From an uncultured delta proteobacterium (lineage in GTDB: Bacteria; Myxococcota_A; Polyangia; Fen-1088): DNA of 64,000 bases. Under the pieces are notes generated by a model. It saw nothing but the letters and a program-made list of their open reading frames with translations. It was not told the DNA's origin and made no database searches. A program made the position numbers and the translations under genes. Shown here in pieces: positions 27,042 through 37,152 of this stretch; the stretch's first letter is position 1; each line of letters begins with the position of its first letter. The DNA is taken from positions 128,001 through 192,000 of the forward strand of contig CAVTRY010000011.1 in NCBI GenBank assembly GCA_963737265.1, given 5' to 3'.

Positions 27042-30000
27042 ATGGATCGGATGGGCGGCCGTCGACGCGACAGCCGGGGAAAATCAGGACTCATTGCCGG
27101 GCGATTTCGGCTGCAAGACGTTGTCGCGTCTGGCGGCATGGGGGAGGTGTATCGCGCGCGCGACGTGGTTTCGCACATCCAAGTTTGTGTGAAGCTGTTG
27201 CGCACCGACGAGGATCGCGACGGCGAGCGCTTCGTGCAGGAGGCGAAGATTCTTTCCGTGCTCCAACATCCGTCCATCGTGCGCTACCTCGCCCACGGTG
27301 TTGTGGGTGGCGATCGCTATCTCGTGATGGAGTGGCTGGAGGGCGAAGACCTTGCGCGCAGGCTCGAACGTGAGCCACCCGGGCTGGTCGATACGGTGGT
27401 TCTGCTCAGGCAAGCGGCCGAGGCGCTGGCCTATGCGCACGCGCACGAAATCGTCCATCGCGACATCAAGCCGCAGAATCTGTTTCTTCTCGAACGCAAG
27501 ATCGATCAGCTCAAGGTGCTGGATTACGGCATCGCCAAGCTGGTGAACGCGGACCGGCGCCTCACGCGGACCGGGAATCTTGTCGGCACGCCCGGCTACC
27601 TCGCGCCCGAAACCATCGACGGCACGGGCAATCTGGACGGACGGGCCGACATCTTTTCGCTCGGCTGCGTGGCGCACGAGTGTTTGACCGGCAAGCCCAC
27701 CTTTCGCGGCCACGAGCCCGGCGTCCTGCTGGCCAAGCTGATGCTGGAGGATCCGCCGCATCTCTCCGAGATCGTGCCCGAGGTTCCGCGCGCGGTCGGC
27801 GATCTGGTGGCGCGCATGCTGGCCAAGAATCCCGAACGGCGACCGACAGCAGCGCAGGTGCTGCGGACCTTGGCGGCGATGGGCGATCTGTCCGACGGGT
27901 CAGGCTCGTCGTTCGGGCGCTTGCAGGAGACCCATCTCACGGTGGTGGAACAGCGGGTGAGCTGCATCGTCATGGCCACGGCGGACACGCGCAGAACGGG
28001 CGAAACGACGGCGCCGGGGTCGATGCGGGTTGCGCCGGCGTTGGCCTCCGCGGCGGCGCTACCCAATCTTGCCGAGCTCGAAGCGCGCCTGTCGCTGCGC
28101 ATGTCGGCCAAGACCCATGTCCTGCCCGACGGAAAGATCATCGTGACCCTGCCCGAGGGAACCGTCGCTTCCGATCAGGCCATCCTCGCCGCGCGCTGTG
28201 CCCTGTTCGTTCATGAGCATCTGCCGGAATCCGCGGTGGTGGTGGCGCTCGGCATCGCTCGTCTGTCCCACCGCTCCGCAGTGGGCAGCGTCATCGAGCA
28301 GGCGGCGAGCCTGCTGCGCGCGACCGGGCCCGGCCGCGTGCGGGTGGACGAAGGAATTGCGTCGTTTCTCGGCGCGCGCTTCGAGCTGGTTCGCGACGAG
28401 GCTGGCGTGCACCTGCTGGCGCAGCACGAGACTCTGGAAGGCAAGCGCAGTCTGCTCGGTCGGCCCGCGACCTTCCTGGGGCGCGGACAGGAGCTGTCGT
28501 TCATGGCCGGGCTGCTGACCGACGCGGCCTTTGAGCGCCAGGCGATTGCCGTGCTGGTGTGCGGGCCGGCTGGCATCGGCAAGTCGCGGCTACTGCAAGA
28601 ATTCATGACCTGGCTCAAAGCCAGGCCCGAACCGATTCTCGTGCTTGTTGGCGCCGGGGATTCCCTGGCCGCCGGGGCACCTTTCGCCCTGCTCGGCCGA
28701 GCCATTCGCCGCCTGGCCGGGATCGCCGAGACCGACAGCGAGGACGAGCACCGGCGCAAACTGGCGGAGTGCGTCGGCAAGCACCTTCCCGCGCCGTCGT
28801 GCGCGGGCGTGACGGCGTTTATCGGCGAGATCGGCGGCGTCACTTTCCCCGAGTCCGCGCACGAATCGCTGCGGGGCGCACGCCAGAATCCGGTCTTGAT
28901 GGCCGATGCCACCCGCCGCGCGTTCGAGGAATGGATGCGCGCGGAGTGCGAGGCCAACCCGGTGCTGGTCGTGCTGGAAGACATGCAGTGGGGCGATGCT
29001 GGAACCGTGGGGCTGCTCGACGGCGCGCTTCGCAACCTGCGCGATCAACCGTTCATGGTGCTGGCGCTGGCGCGTCCGGATCTGCAGACGGTGTTTCCCA
29101 ATCTGTGGGCCGAGCGCCAGGTTCACGTCATTCAGTTGCCGCCGCTTTCCCGGCGTGCGAGCGAGCGCCTGGTGCGCGATGCGCTGGGAAGTTCCGTGGC
29201 CGACGACGTGGTGTCGCAGATCCTCTTGCGCGGCGACGGCAATCCGTTTTTCCTGGAAGAATTGGTGCGCGCGGCGCACGCCGGACGATCGGGCGAGGTT
29301 CCCGAACCGGTGCTGGGCATGGTGCAGGCGCGCCTCGAGGCCGAGGGACCGGACGGGCGGCGCGTTCTGCGCGCGGCCGCGGTGTTTGGCGAAACCTTTT
29401 CCCGCGATGGCGTGGCGGCGCTACTGGGCGGCGAGCGACCCGGCGTGGGCGAGGCGCTGGAGCGCCTGACCGATCGCGAATTGGTCAACCTGGCAGTGCC
29501 TTCCATCGCCTCGGACGGCAGCCCGGCCTTCACCTTTGCCCACGCCCTGATTCGCGAGGCGGCCTACGCCATGCTCACCGACGAAGATCGCCAGCTTGGC
29601 CATCGCCTGGCGGCCAAGTGGCTGCTCGAGCATAGCTCGCCCGAGCCCATCGCCCTGGCCGAGCACTTTCGCCGCGGCAGCGATCCGCGCAGCGCAGCCT
29701 TTTGGTACCGGCGCGCGGCCGAGCAGGCGCTCAAGTCGAACGATCTTCGCGGCGCCATCGCGCGCGCGGCGCTTGGGCTGTCCGCGCTTGGCACCGACGC
29801 AGCCGACGCGCAGTCGGGCGAGATGCGCGGCGCGTTGTGGTTGGTGCAAGCCGAGGCGCACCGTTGGTGCGGGGAATTGTCGCGCGCCGAATCGGCGGGC
29901 GGGGCGGCCTTGGCGCTGCTTGTGCCCGGTTCGCCAGTCTGGTTCCGCGCCGCGGGACAAACCATCGTGGCACTCGGCAGCCAGGGCAAGACGCACGAGC

Positions 30001-31037
30001 TCGGCTCGCTGGTGGCCAAGGTGCGCGCGGTGGAGCCGCAGCTCGAGGCGCGCGATGCCTTCCTGGTGTGCCTCAGCGAGGGTGCGAACCACCTCATCGC
30101 CGCCGGCCACCTGGCCTCGGCGGACGCCTTGCTCGAAGAGGCCGCGCGTCTCGCCAGCTATTTTTCCGATCTCGAGCCGCAAGCTTCGGGGCTGGTCCAC
30201 AAGGCGCGCGCGGCGCGCGCGGCGGCGCGGGGGGAAAACATGGCTTGCCTCGAAGAGCTGGAAACGGCCTGGGCGTCGTTCGAGCAGGCGGGCGACCAGC
30301 GCAACGCCATCGCGGTACGATCGAGCATCGGCACGGTCTACGCCGACCTGGGCGACACCGGCCGGGCAGTCGAGCTTTTGCGCGAGGTGGTGGCCAGCGC
30401 GGATCGGCTGGGGCTGCCGGAGATCGCCGCCATTGGCCGCCGCGATCTCGCGCGCGTTCTCGGCTGGCGGCGCGAAACCGCCGAGGCAGAGCGCCTGGTG
30501 CGCCAGGCGATGGCAATCCTGGGCGCGCGCGGGGAATCGCGCGAGGAGGGCTTGGCCGCGGGCTACCTCGCCGAGATTTTGCTGTCCGTCGGCCGCTGCG
30601 ACGAGGCCGCCGTCCAGGCCGAACGAGCGGCGGCGATTCTGACCATGGCGCCGGCAGAGCGGGCCTTCGCGCTGGCCGTGCTCGCGCGCGCCAGGCTTGG
30701 CCGCGGCCTGGTGGCGCAGGCGTCGGTGTTCGCGCACGAGGCGTACTACGGCGCGCTCGAATCGCTCGGCATGATGGGAGAGAGCGAGACGGTGGTGTTC
30801 CTGGCGTATGGGGAATGCCTGCTCGCCGCGCGCGACCTGGAAGCCGCGCACAAGGTGCTGGCGCGAGCGCGCGAGCGGTTGCTGCTCCGTTCGGGGAAGC
30901 TTGGGCCACGGGGCAATCAGGCCGCGTTTCGCGCGCAGGTTCCCCACAACGCCGAGATTCTGCGCCTGGCCGACATCAACCTAGGACCCGTCCGCGCCAC
31001 GGCCGACGACGACCAAGCGCTGCGGGCCGCGAAATAG
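27042..31037 (+). CDS. Ser/Thr kinase - cyclase-like - AAA/STAND ATPase - TPR multidomain protein
   Basis: SGGMGEVY, HRDIKPQN, DYG, GTPGYLAPE; Walker A GPAGIGKS; LEDMQWGD; GNPFFLEEL; helical repeat C-terminus. Confidence 0.9.
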   Translation: MDRMGGRRRDSRGKSGLIAGRFRLQDVVASGGMGEVYRARDVVSHIQVCVKLLRTDEDRDGERFVQEAKILSVLQHPSIVRYLAHGVVGGDRYLVMEWLEGEDLARRLEREPPGLVDTVVLLRQAAEALAYAHAHEIVHRDIKPQNLFLLERKIDQLKVLDYGIAKLVNADRRLTRTGNLVGTPGYLAPETIDGTGNLDGRADIFSLGCVAHECLTGKPTFRGHEPGVLLAKLMLEDPPHLSEIVPEVPRAVGDLVARMLAKNPERRPTAAQVLRTLAAMGDLSDGSGSSFGRLQETHLTVVEQRVSCIVMATADTRRTGETTAPGSMRVAPALASAAALPNLAELEARLSLRMSAKTHVLPDGKIIVTLPEGTVASDQAILAARCALFVHEHLPESAVVVALGIARLSHRSAVGSVIEQAASLLRATGPGRVRVDEGIASFLGARFELVRDEAGVHLLAQHETLEGKRSLLGRPATFLGRGQELSFMAGLLTDAAFERQAIAVLVCGPAGIGKSRLLQEFMTWLKARPEPILVLVGAGDSLAAGAPFALLGRAIRRLAGIAETDSEDEHRRKLAECVGKHLPAPSCAGVTAFIGEIGGVTFPESAHESLRGARQNPVLMADATRRAFEEWMRAECEANPVLVVLEDMQWGDAGTVGLLDGALRNLRDQPFMVLALARPDLQTVFPNLWAERQVHVIQLPPLSRRASERLVRDALGSSVADDVVSQILLRGDGNPFFLEELVRAAHAGRSGEVPEPVLGMVQARLEAEGPDGRRVLRAAAVFGETFSRDGVAALLGGERPGVGEALERLTDRELVNLAVPSIASDGSPAFTFAHALIREAAYAMLTDEDRQLGHRLAAKWLLEHSSPEPIALAEHFRRGSDPRSAAFWYRRAAEQALKSNDLRGAIARAALGLSALGTDAADAQSGEMRGALWLVQAEAHRWCGELSRAESAGGAALALLVPGSPVWFRAAGQTIVALGSQGKTHELGSLVAKVRAVEPQLEARDAFLVCLSEGANHLIAAGHLASADALLEEAARLASYFSDLEPQASGLVHKARAARAAARGENMACLEELETAWASFEQAGDQRNAIAVRSSIGTVYADLGDTGRAVELLREVVASADRLGLPEIAAIGRRDLARVLGWRRETAEAERLVRQAMAILGARGESREEGLAAGYLAEILLSVGRCDEAAVQAERAAAILTMAPAERAFALAVLARARLGRGLVAQASVFAHEAYYGALESLGMMGESETVVFLAYGECLLAARDLEAAHKVLARARERLLLRSGKLGPRGNQAAFRAQVPHNAEILRLADINLGPVRATADDDQALRAAK

Positions 31038-31038
31038 C

Positions 31039-31069
31039 AAAAGGCCCACTTCCCGAAGGAGGTGGGCCT
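31039..31069 (-). terminator. Intrinsic terminator between convergent genes
   Basis: AGGCCCACTTCC-CGAA-GGAGGTGGGCCT hairpin preceded by AAAA. Confidence 0.7.
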
Positions 31070-31100
31070 CGAATGAGACTGCTTGTCCTGCGCTAGCGAC

Positions 31101-32852
31101 TTATTGAATTGTATAAACGCACTCGGGAATCGTGCTTCCGTCGACGCAAGTGCGGCAACTCATGTTGATCTTCGTGCCGGCAGGAACCGCGGCAACGTTC
31201 GGATCCACGACTATGTTGATGAGCTGACCTACCCCTGCGCCTTGCGTGCCCGAGCACTTGGTTGTGTCATAGACCAGCTTCCAGCACGGACGTGTCGGCT
31301 GAGCCGTATCTGCAACACCTGTCTGGCATTGAGGCATGGCGCTATTGGGGTCCTCAGTTGGAACGCCCTGGGCGTTCGGCTCTGCATAGGCGACGTGGCA
31401 ATCAGGCTGGAGACCCGGCGTGGCGGTATCGGTGTCGAGCAGCGTGGCGTTCACGCAAAGGTTCGTCAGGTGCTTCGCAATGGTGACTCCGATTGTTTTC
31501 ATTGATGCCGCGAAGTCGGGCTGGCAGATGCTGTACTTGAGGCCATTGTCGCCGAATTCGTTGATGAAAGCGTCCATGCGCAAGCCGCCTGTCGCGCCAA
31601 AGGCGATGCTAGCCTGGTAGCCGGCCTGAGTTGTCGGGTCGTTCCCGGCCAGTGGGTGATTGGGATCGTAGCAGATCGGCCAGTAGTCATAGACCGTGGG
31701 ATGGGCGGTGTCGGCCGTGTTCTGATTGAAGAGCTTGTCGACCTTGTATGGAGTGGTCGTATCCCCATCGAGCGGAACGCCATAGATGCCCGCCACCAGG
31801 ATGTTGGTGGGATCGCTCTTCAAGCTCTTGATGGTATTGGCCAGGTTGTGAATATCCCTGAGTGGGCTGCAGGTTGTAGGCTGGTCTGTGTTGGTCGTCC
31901 CATTGCCGTCAAGCGGATTGGGACACGAGTCGGTCCTGGCAGCGCAGTCCGAATACGTGTGTGTGAACGCTGCCGTGGTGGGATAGCCAGGGGGAGTGTC
32001 GGTGAGGTTGGCGCCTCCGCACGCGTGCGCGCGGGTCGCGCAGCGCAAGCTGGCCGACTCATTCGCGAGCGTCGTATTTAGGCTTGAGCTGAACAGTCCG
32101 TCGTCGGGCGCGGCCGAACAGTCATCCTCGTCGCTGAGGAAGACAAGGCCAAGATACGCGGAGGCGCGAAGCATCTGTTGCTGGGCCGTCAAAGCTGTAT
32201 CGTCGGCACCCGTCAAGATGTGAGGTCGAAGTGCGAATTCGAAGGCCTGCAACTGATGCTCGAAACCGCACCCCTGAGTGCCGAGCCCACTGGCCAAACA
32301 GGTGAACACGGTGTTGATGTCGGCTTTGGGATTCGTGGAATTGAAGTTCGCTACGATACCAGTCTTTGTGTTTTGATAGTCGATCCAGAGCGCATTGGGA
32401 TCCTTCATGTTACACCCCGTTGCGCCGATCATACGGAACTTGCCCGCGTCGCCGAAGGGATCGTTGCCGTTGCTCGCATTGGGGCCGCAGGATCCGCTGC
32501 CGATGGCGCCCGCGGTGCCGAGGTCGCTATCGATGATCGCGACCCGCAAATCCGGTAGAGTGCCGTCGTTGGGATCCTGGAGCGCCGCTATCAGCGTGGG
32601 AAAGTTGGCTTGCAGCTTGGCTTGCTTGGGCGCCATGGAGGGCGAGTTGTCGATCATGAACACCAGGTCTAGCTGCCGGACGGGAGAGATGGGAATGTAA
32701 AGGCTGGTCTGCTGCTGCGGCTGAGGCGTGGGCTGCGCGAGCGGGTGCGAGGTGCAGGCCCACCAGACGAGCGGCAACGTTGGGATGATCATTGCCCAGC
32801 GGAGGCATCGCCAGCTCAAAAGGTGAGTGATGCGGAGTGAATTGCGAACCAT
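31101..32852 (-). CDS. Cys-rich exported vWA-domain lipoprotein (myxobacterial type)
   Basis: Lipobox-like VWWAC; MIDAS DLVFMIDNSPSM; GTQGCGFEHQL; FLSDEDDCS. Confidence 0.78.
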   Translation of the reverse strand: MVRNSLRITHLLSWRCLRWAMIIPTLPLVWWACTSHPLAQPTPQPQQQTSLYIPISPVRQLDLVFMIDNSPSMAPKQAKLQANFPTLIAALQDPNDGTLPDLRVAIIDSDLGTAGAIGSGSCGPNASNGNDPFGDAGKFRMIGATGCNMKDPNALWIDYQNTKTGIVANFNSTNPKADINTVFTCLASGLGTQGCGFEHQLQAFEFALRPHILTGADDTALTAQQQMLRASAYLGLVFLSDEDDCSAAPDDGLFSSSLNTTLANESASLRCATRAHACGGANLTDTPPGYPTTAAFTHTYSDCAARTDSCPNPLDGNGTTNTDQPTTCSPLRDIHNLANTIKSLKSDPTNILVAGIYGVPLDGDTTTPYKVDKLFNQNTADTAHPTVYDYWPICYDPNHPLAGNDPTTQAGYQASIAFGATGGLRMDAFINEFGDNGLKYSICQPDFAASMKTIGVTIAKHLTNLCVNATLLDTDTATPGLQPDCHVAYAEPNAQGVPTEDPNSAMPQCQTGVADTAQPTRPCWKLVYDTTKCSGTQGAGVGQLINIVVDPNVAAVPAGTKINMSCRTCVDGSTIPECVYTIQ

Positions 32853-33104
32853 GGGAACCCTCCTAGTGCAACGACCGAGATGGTGTTGCGTCTCGATGGC
32901 TACCTTACAGCAAGAGGCGGGCCGAAGGAAACTCTAGAAAACATTCGGAATCACAAGACTTCAGCCCACCCCAAGCCAACAAACTTGGCCTCCGCGGCAA
33001 CTAAGTTGACATCCCTGCGTCGGACCAACCACCTCAAAACCACCTCAGGCAGCGCAAGGAATCTACCACGCTCGGAACTTGCGGCCAGCGTGTATTGTGT
33101 CGGT

Positions 33105-34835
33105 ATGAGGCGAACCCGCCACCACCGAAGGAGCCAGTCCCGGGAACAACCTGGCGCCGCGGCGTCGTCTGCTGTGACCAATATCGTCGGCAGTTGGGGA
33201 CGACGGGATCGCGACGCCCTGGTGGTCATCATCGGCGCGATTGTCGCGTGCTGCTTCCCGGTTTTCGGGGCCGGTTTCACCAACTGGGATGACGATCGCT
33301 TCATCACCGGTAATCCACTCTTTCATGGGTCGGTGACCAGCTACGTGGTCGCGGCCTTCACCCGGGTGCAGTTTCAGGCCTATCACCCGCTGCACCTGCT
33401 GTCCTACTTGCCTGACCGCCTGCTCTGGCCAACCCAGCCGGCTGGGTTTCATGCCCTAAATGTGGCGCTTTTCGCGCTGGCGCTGGTGCTGGTTTTTCTC
33501 CTGTTGCGGCGTTGCGTGGCAACATGGCCGGCGGTGGCGGCGACCTTGCTGGTGGGCCTCCATCCCATGGCGGTCGAGTCGGTGGCTTGGGTGGTGGGGC
33601 GCAAGGACATCCTGGCGCTGCTGCTGCTTGTGTCGACCTTGCTGGTTGCCGATCGCGAACCGCGCACGACCAGGTCCACGGTCGTGGCATGCGGGCTCGC
33701 GCTCGCGGCATGTTTGGCCAAAACCTCGGCTGTCGTGCTCCCCATCGTGCTGTTCGCGTGGCTCCATTTCGCGCGCCAGGTACCTGTGCGGGCGGCGCTT
33801 CGTCGTTGCTTGCCGTTCGCCGGCATCGCGCTGCTGTTCGCGCTGCCCGTTCCCCTGATCTGGCGGCACAACCAGATGATTCCGCCTGGCCGGCCGCTGC
33901 CCTTCGTGCTGGACGTCTTGGGCACGCTCGGCATCTACGCCCGCCGGGTAGTCGTGCCGGTCGACCTGTCGCCGGTGTATCCAGCCATGGTGTCGGGGCA
34001 GGTGCTGGCTGGGCTCGTCACGGGGGCGGTGCTGCTGGCCGCGGTCGCGTTTTGGCACCGACTGCCGCCGGCGGCGAAGTTTGCCCTGGTCGGATTCATC
34101 GGCTGCCTGCTGCCGGTCGCCAACATTACGCCACTCTATTTTCGCTTCGCCGACCGCTACGCGCTGCTCGCCGTCGCGGTGCTGGCCTGGCCGGTGGCGG
34201 CGCTGCTGGCTTGGCCGCGGGTCGCTGCGCGTAGGATCGGCTACGTCCTGGTGCCGTTGCTTCTCGGCCTCGAATTGTGGACGACCTCGCACCTTGCTCT
34301 TGCGTGGAAGGATTCGCTTTCTCTCTGGCAACACGCCGTGGAGGCGCAGCCGAGGGCGGTGTTTGCCCACTTGAAGCTGGGCGAAACCTTGCTCCAGCAG
34401 GGGCTCTTTCGCGAGGCCGCGGCCAGCTACTTGAACGCCGGGCAGCTCGAACCCGGCGGCCTCAAGGGCCCGGCGGGATTTCTGCGCACCATGGGCGAGA
34501 AAGCAGAGGCCGAGGGTCGCATTTCAGCCGGCAGCTATCGACAGTGGGAGCAGGCCATCGCCAAACCCGGCTTCGATGCGCGCCAGATGGACGCGCTCAT
34601 CGCTTCGGTCGACCAGTCGAAGTGTCACTCGTGCGCCGAGGGGCTGCTGTGGCTCGCACTGCGCATGTTTCCACAGCCCGACCCGACGCTCGTGGCACGC
34701 GCGCGCATGGCGCTCGACCGCGGTCGGACCAGCACGGCCATGGTCTACCTCGGAGAGGTGCGCGACGCGAACGCCGAAGGGCTGGCCGAGATCGTTCGGG
34801 CACTCAGCTCACCAGGGGGCGACGCTACTCGATAA
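33105..34835 (+). CDS. TMTC-like GT-C membrane glycosyltransferase with C-terminal TPR
   Basis: FTNWDD, YHPL, FHALN, HPMAVESVAW...RKD, ADRY, W.DSLSLW. Confidence 0.8.
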   Translation: MRRTRHHRRSQSREQPGAAASSAVTNIVGSWGRRDRDALVVIIGAIVACCFPVFGAGFTNWDDDRFITGNPLFHGSVTSYVVAAFTRVQFQAYHPLHLLSYLPDRLLWPTQPAGFHALNVALFALALVLVFLLLRRCVATWPAVAATLLVGLHPMAVESVAWVVGRKDILALLLLVSTLLVADREPRTTRSTVVACGLALAACLAKTSAVVLPIVLFAWLHFARQVPVRAALRRCLPFAGIALLFALPVPLIWRHNQMIPPGRPLPFVLDVLGTLGIYARRVVVPVDLSPVYPAMVSGQVLAGLVTGAVLLAAVAFWHRLPPAAKFALVGFIGCLLPVANITPLYFRFADRYALLAVAVLAWPVAALLAWPRVAARRIGYVLVPLLLGLELWTTSHLALAWKDSLSLWQHAVEAQPRAVFAHLKLGETLLQQGLFREAAASYLNAGQLEPGGLKGPAGFLRTMGEKAEAEGRISAGSYRQWEQAIAKPGFDARQMDALIASVDQSKCHSCAEGLLWLALRMFPQPDPTLVARARMALDRGRTSTAMVYLGEVRDANAEGLAEIVRALSSPGGDATR

Positions 34836-34846
34836 GGACTTCTAGT

Positions 34847-35974
34847 CTAGTTCGTGTCCGCCGCCCCCGCGTCGGGCGGCAGGGCGAGGATGGTTTCGGG
34901 CGGGGGCGGGCCTTGCGGCGCGCTGGATGTGACGCGCTTGGGCTTGTGGGTGACGATCCAGTCCGCGACCCGGGCGACGTCGCCAAAACGTGTGAGCTCA
35001 CCCTCGGTGCCGAGGAACGACATGCCGTAGTTGTGGCCGTCAATGGCGGCCGCAAGCACGAGACAGTAGCGTGCGGAATCATTGTAGCCGGTCTTGCCGC
35101 CGAGGATCTGGACATTGGCGCGAGCGGCTGGATGGTTGGTGTTGGCATAGTGGATGGGCGGTCGCGAAACCGGATGGGCGTTGTACTCGGGCTTGCGCAC
35201 GATGGGGCCGAGCACCGGCTGGGCCATGGCGGCCTTGAGCAGCTCGATGGTTTCGCGCGGGGTCGATTGATTGTCGCTGGAGAGTCCGGTGGGCTCTCGA
35301 AAGCGGGTGAAACGCAGACCCAGGGATGCGACCTTGCGATTCATGGCGGTGGTGAATTGCGACGTGCCGAGCCCCACGGCGCGGCCGAGGGCTGAGATGG
35401 CGCGATTGTCGGAGCCGAGCAGGGCGGCGTGCAGGAGATCCCGGTTCGACAGCGTCATTCCTTCGAGCAGGCGCGACTTGGCGCCGCCGCGGGCGACGTC
35501 CATGTCGACTTTCTTGATGGTCGTCAGCCCGTCGAGATCCAGGTTCTTGTCCATCACGGTCAGGGTGGCGGCCAGCTTGGAGATGGACGCAATCGCGTGC
35601 GGGCCGTCGGGCCGTCGCGCGAATAGCTCCTGCCCGCTGTCGAGATCGACGACCAGCGCGCCGGTCGACTGGACGTTGGGCTGGTTGCCCTTCATCGCGA
35701 CCACGTGCACTTCGGTGGGGTGGTGATGTTTCTTGGCTGGCTTGCCCGTCTTGCTCGGCTTGCCCGCCTTTTTCCCGGACTTCTTGCTCTTGGTTTTCCT
35801 CGTGGCGCTCGCCGCCGGCTTGCCGGTTTTCTTGGCCGGCTTCTTCTTGGCCTGGGTCGTGGCCGCGGTCGCCGGAGCCGTCGGCGCCAGCGCGAGCAAG
35901 GCCGCGAAGGTCGCCAGCGTGGCAAGCAGTCCGGCGCGCCGAGGGGTCGAGAAGTTTCGTGTCATTGCGTCCAT
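34847..35974 (-). CDS. D-alanyl-D-alanine endo/carboxypeptidase (S11, PBP7-like)
   Basis: ASISK, SDN, EPTGL, GKTGY; signal peptide and Lys-rich linker. Confidence 0.9.
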   Translation of the reverse strand: MDAMTRNFSTPRRAGLLATLATFAALLALAPTAPATAATTQAKKKPAKKTGKPAASATRKTKSKKSGKKAGKPSKTGKPAKKHHHPTEVHVVAMKGNQPNVQSTGALVVDLDSGQELFARRPDGPHAIASISKLAATLTVMDKNLDLDGLTTIKKVDMDVARGGAKSRLLEGMTLSNRDLLHAALLGSDNRAISALGRAVGLGTSQFTTAMNRKVASLGLRFTRFREPTGLSSDNQSTPRETIELLKAAMAQPVLGPIVRKPEYNAHPVSRPPIHYANTNHPAARANVQILGGKTGYNDSARYCLVLAAAIDGHNYGMSFLGTEGELTRFGDVARVADWIVTHKPKRVTSSAPQGPPPPETILALPPDAGAADTN

Positions 35975-35999
35975 CGGTTGCGGTTGGTGGGCTGTCGTA

Positions 36000-37103
36000 T
36001 CACGCCAGGCGCATCGAGCGAAAGCGCGCACGCAACCAATCGACCGCCTGACGGCTGAAGCGGGTCTTGAGCAAGGACACCCCGAGCATGAGCAGGGTGA
36101 GCGCCGCCATCAGCAGCGCGGCGGCGGGCAGATGGAATTTTCCGCGCAGGGCATAGACCAAGCTGCCGTAGCAGAGCTCGACGTGAATCCAGTAGACGAG
36201 CAGCGAGGTTCGCCCGAGTTGGCGCAGCACCGAGAAGCGGCCGTGCAGCGCGCGGCACCACACAAAGCCAATCCCGGCCAGGATGCCGATGATGCCGAGG
36301 CGATGAAAGAAGGTGCCAGGCCCCATCTGCTGCACGACTTCCGACGGATAGCGAATGATGAACGGGTCGATGCGGCGGACGATCGCCACGGCGGAGGCCA
36401 TCACGGCGCCAGCCAGAAAGGTGAAGAGAAAACAGCGCGCAAGTAGCCGCGCGTCGCGATTGGCTCGTAGCCAGAGGTGTCCCACGGCAACGCCGACCAA
36501 CGCCCACGTGCCCCACGGGAAAAGCGAAAACCAGGCCATCGGCCGCTGTCCGCCGACGTAGGAAGTCAGCGGCCGAGGCAACCAAGCGGGAAAGTGAGCG
36601 GGGCCGATGAAAGGTCCGAGCCCAAGAAAAATCCCGGCCAGCACCAGCGATGGAAATATCTGTCGCCGCCCGTTGCGCGGTGTCGCGACCAGCGCGACCA
36701 CCAGCATGGACGCGCCGATGGCGTTTAAAATGTCGATGCGAAAAAGGGCTTCCCAGCCGCCATAAAAGCGGGAAAGCAGCCATTCCTGTAGGCGAAACAG
36801 ATAGGCCAGGGCGATGACTTGCAGCCCGCGGTTGGCCAGGCGCGCGCGCATGGTTCGGCCCTCCACGCCGCCAGCCAGGCCAGACTCGAACTGAATCGCG
36901 GCCGAGACACCGACGAGCAGAAGAAACAGGCGGGCAGGAATTCCGCTGGCGATCTTGATGATGGCGTAGGCCGCCCCACTTTTCGCCGCGGGTAAAAGCC
37001 AGGCATCGGATCCGTGCGCCACGATCATCAGGACCACGGCCACGCCGCGCAACCAGTCCACGACTTCGATCCGGCGCGGCTTGGCGGAAGGAGGGGACTG
37101 CAT
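36000..37103 (-). CDS. DUF1624 / HGSNAT-like membrane acyltransferase
   Basis: RIEVVDWLRGVAVVLMIVAH, FSLFPW, LGRTSLLVYWIH; multiple TM helices. Confidence 0.8.
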   Translation of the reverse strand: MQSPPSAKPRRIEVVDWLRGVAVVLMIVAHGSDAWLLPAAKSGAAYAIIKIASGIPARLFLLLVGVSAAIQFESGLAGGVEGRTMRARLANRGLQVIALAYLFRLQEWLLSRFYGGWEALFRIDILNAIGASMLVVALVATPRNGRRQIFPSLVLAGIFLGLGPFIGPAHFPAWLPRPLTSYVGGQRPMAWFSLFPWGTWALVGVAVGHLWLRANRDARLLARCFLFTFLAGAVMASAVAIVRRIDPFIIRYPSEVVQQMGPGTFFHRLGIIGILAGIGFVWCRALHGRFSVLRQLGRTSLLVYWIHVELCYGSLVYALRGKFHLPAAALLMAALTLLMLGVSLLKTRFSRQAVDWLRARFRSMRLA

Positions 37104-37152
37104 TGCGCTGGCAGACTACCAGGGCAGCGGTGGAAAAAGGTAGAGTAGGGCG

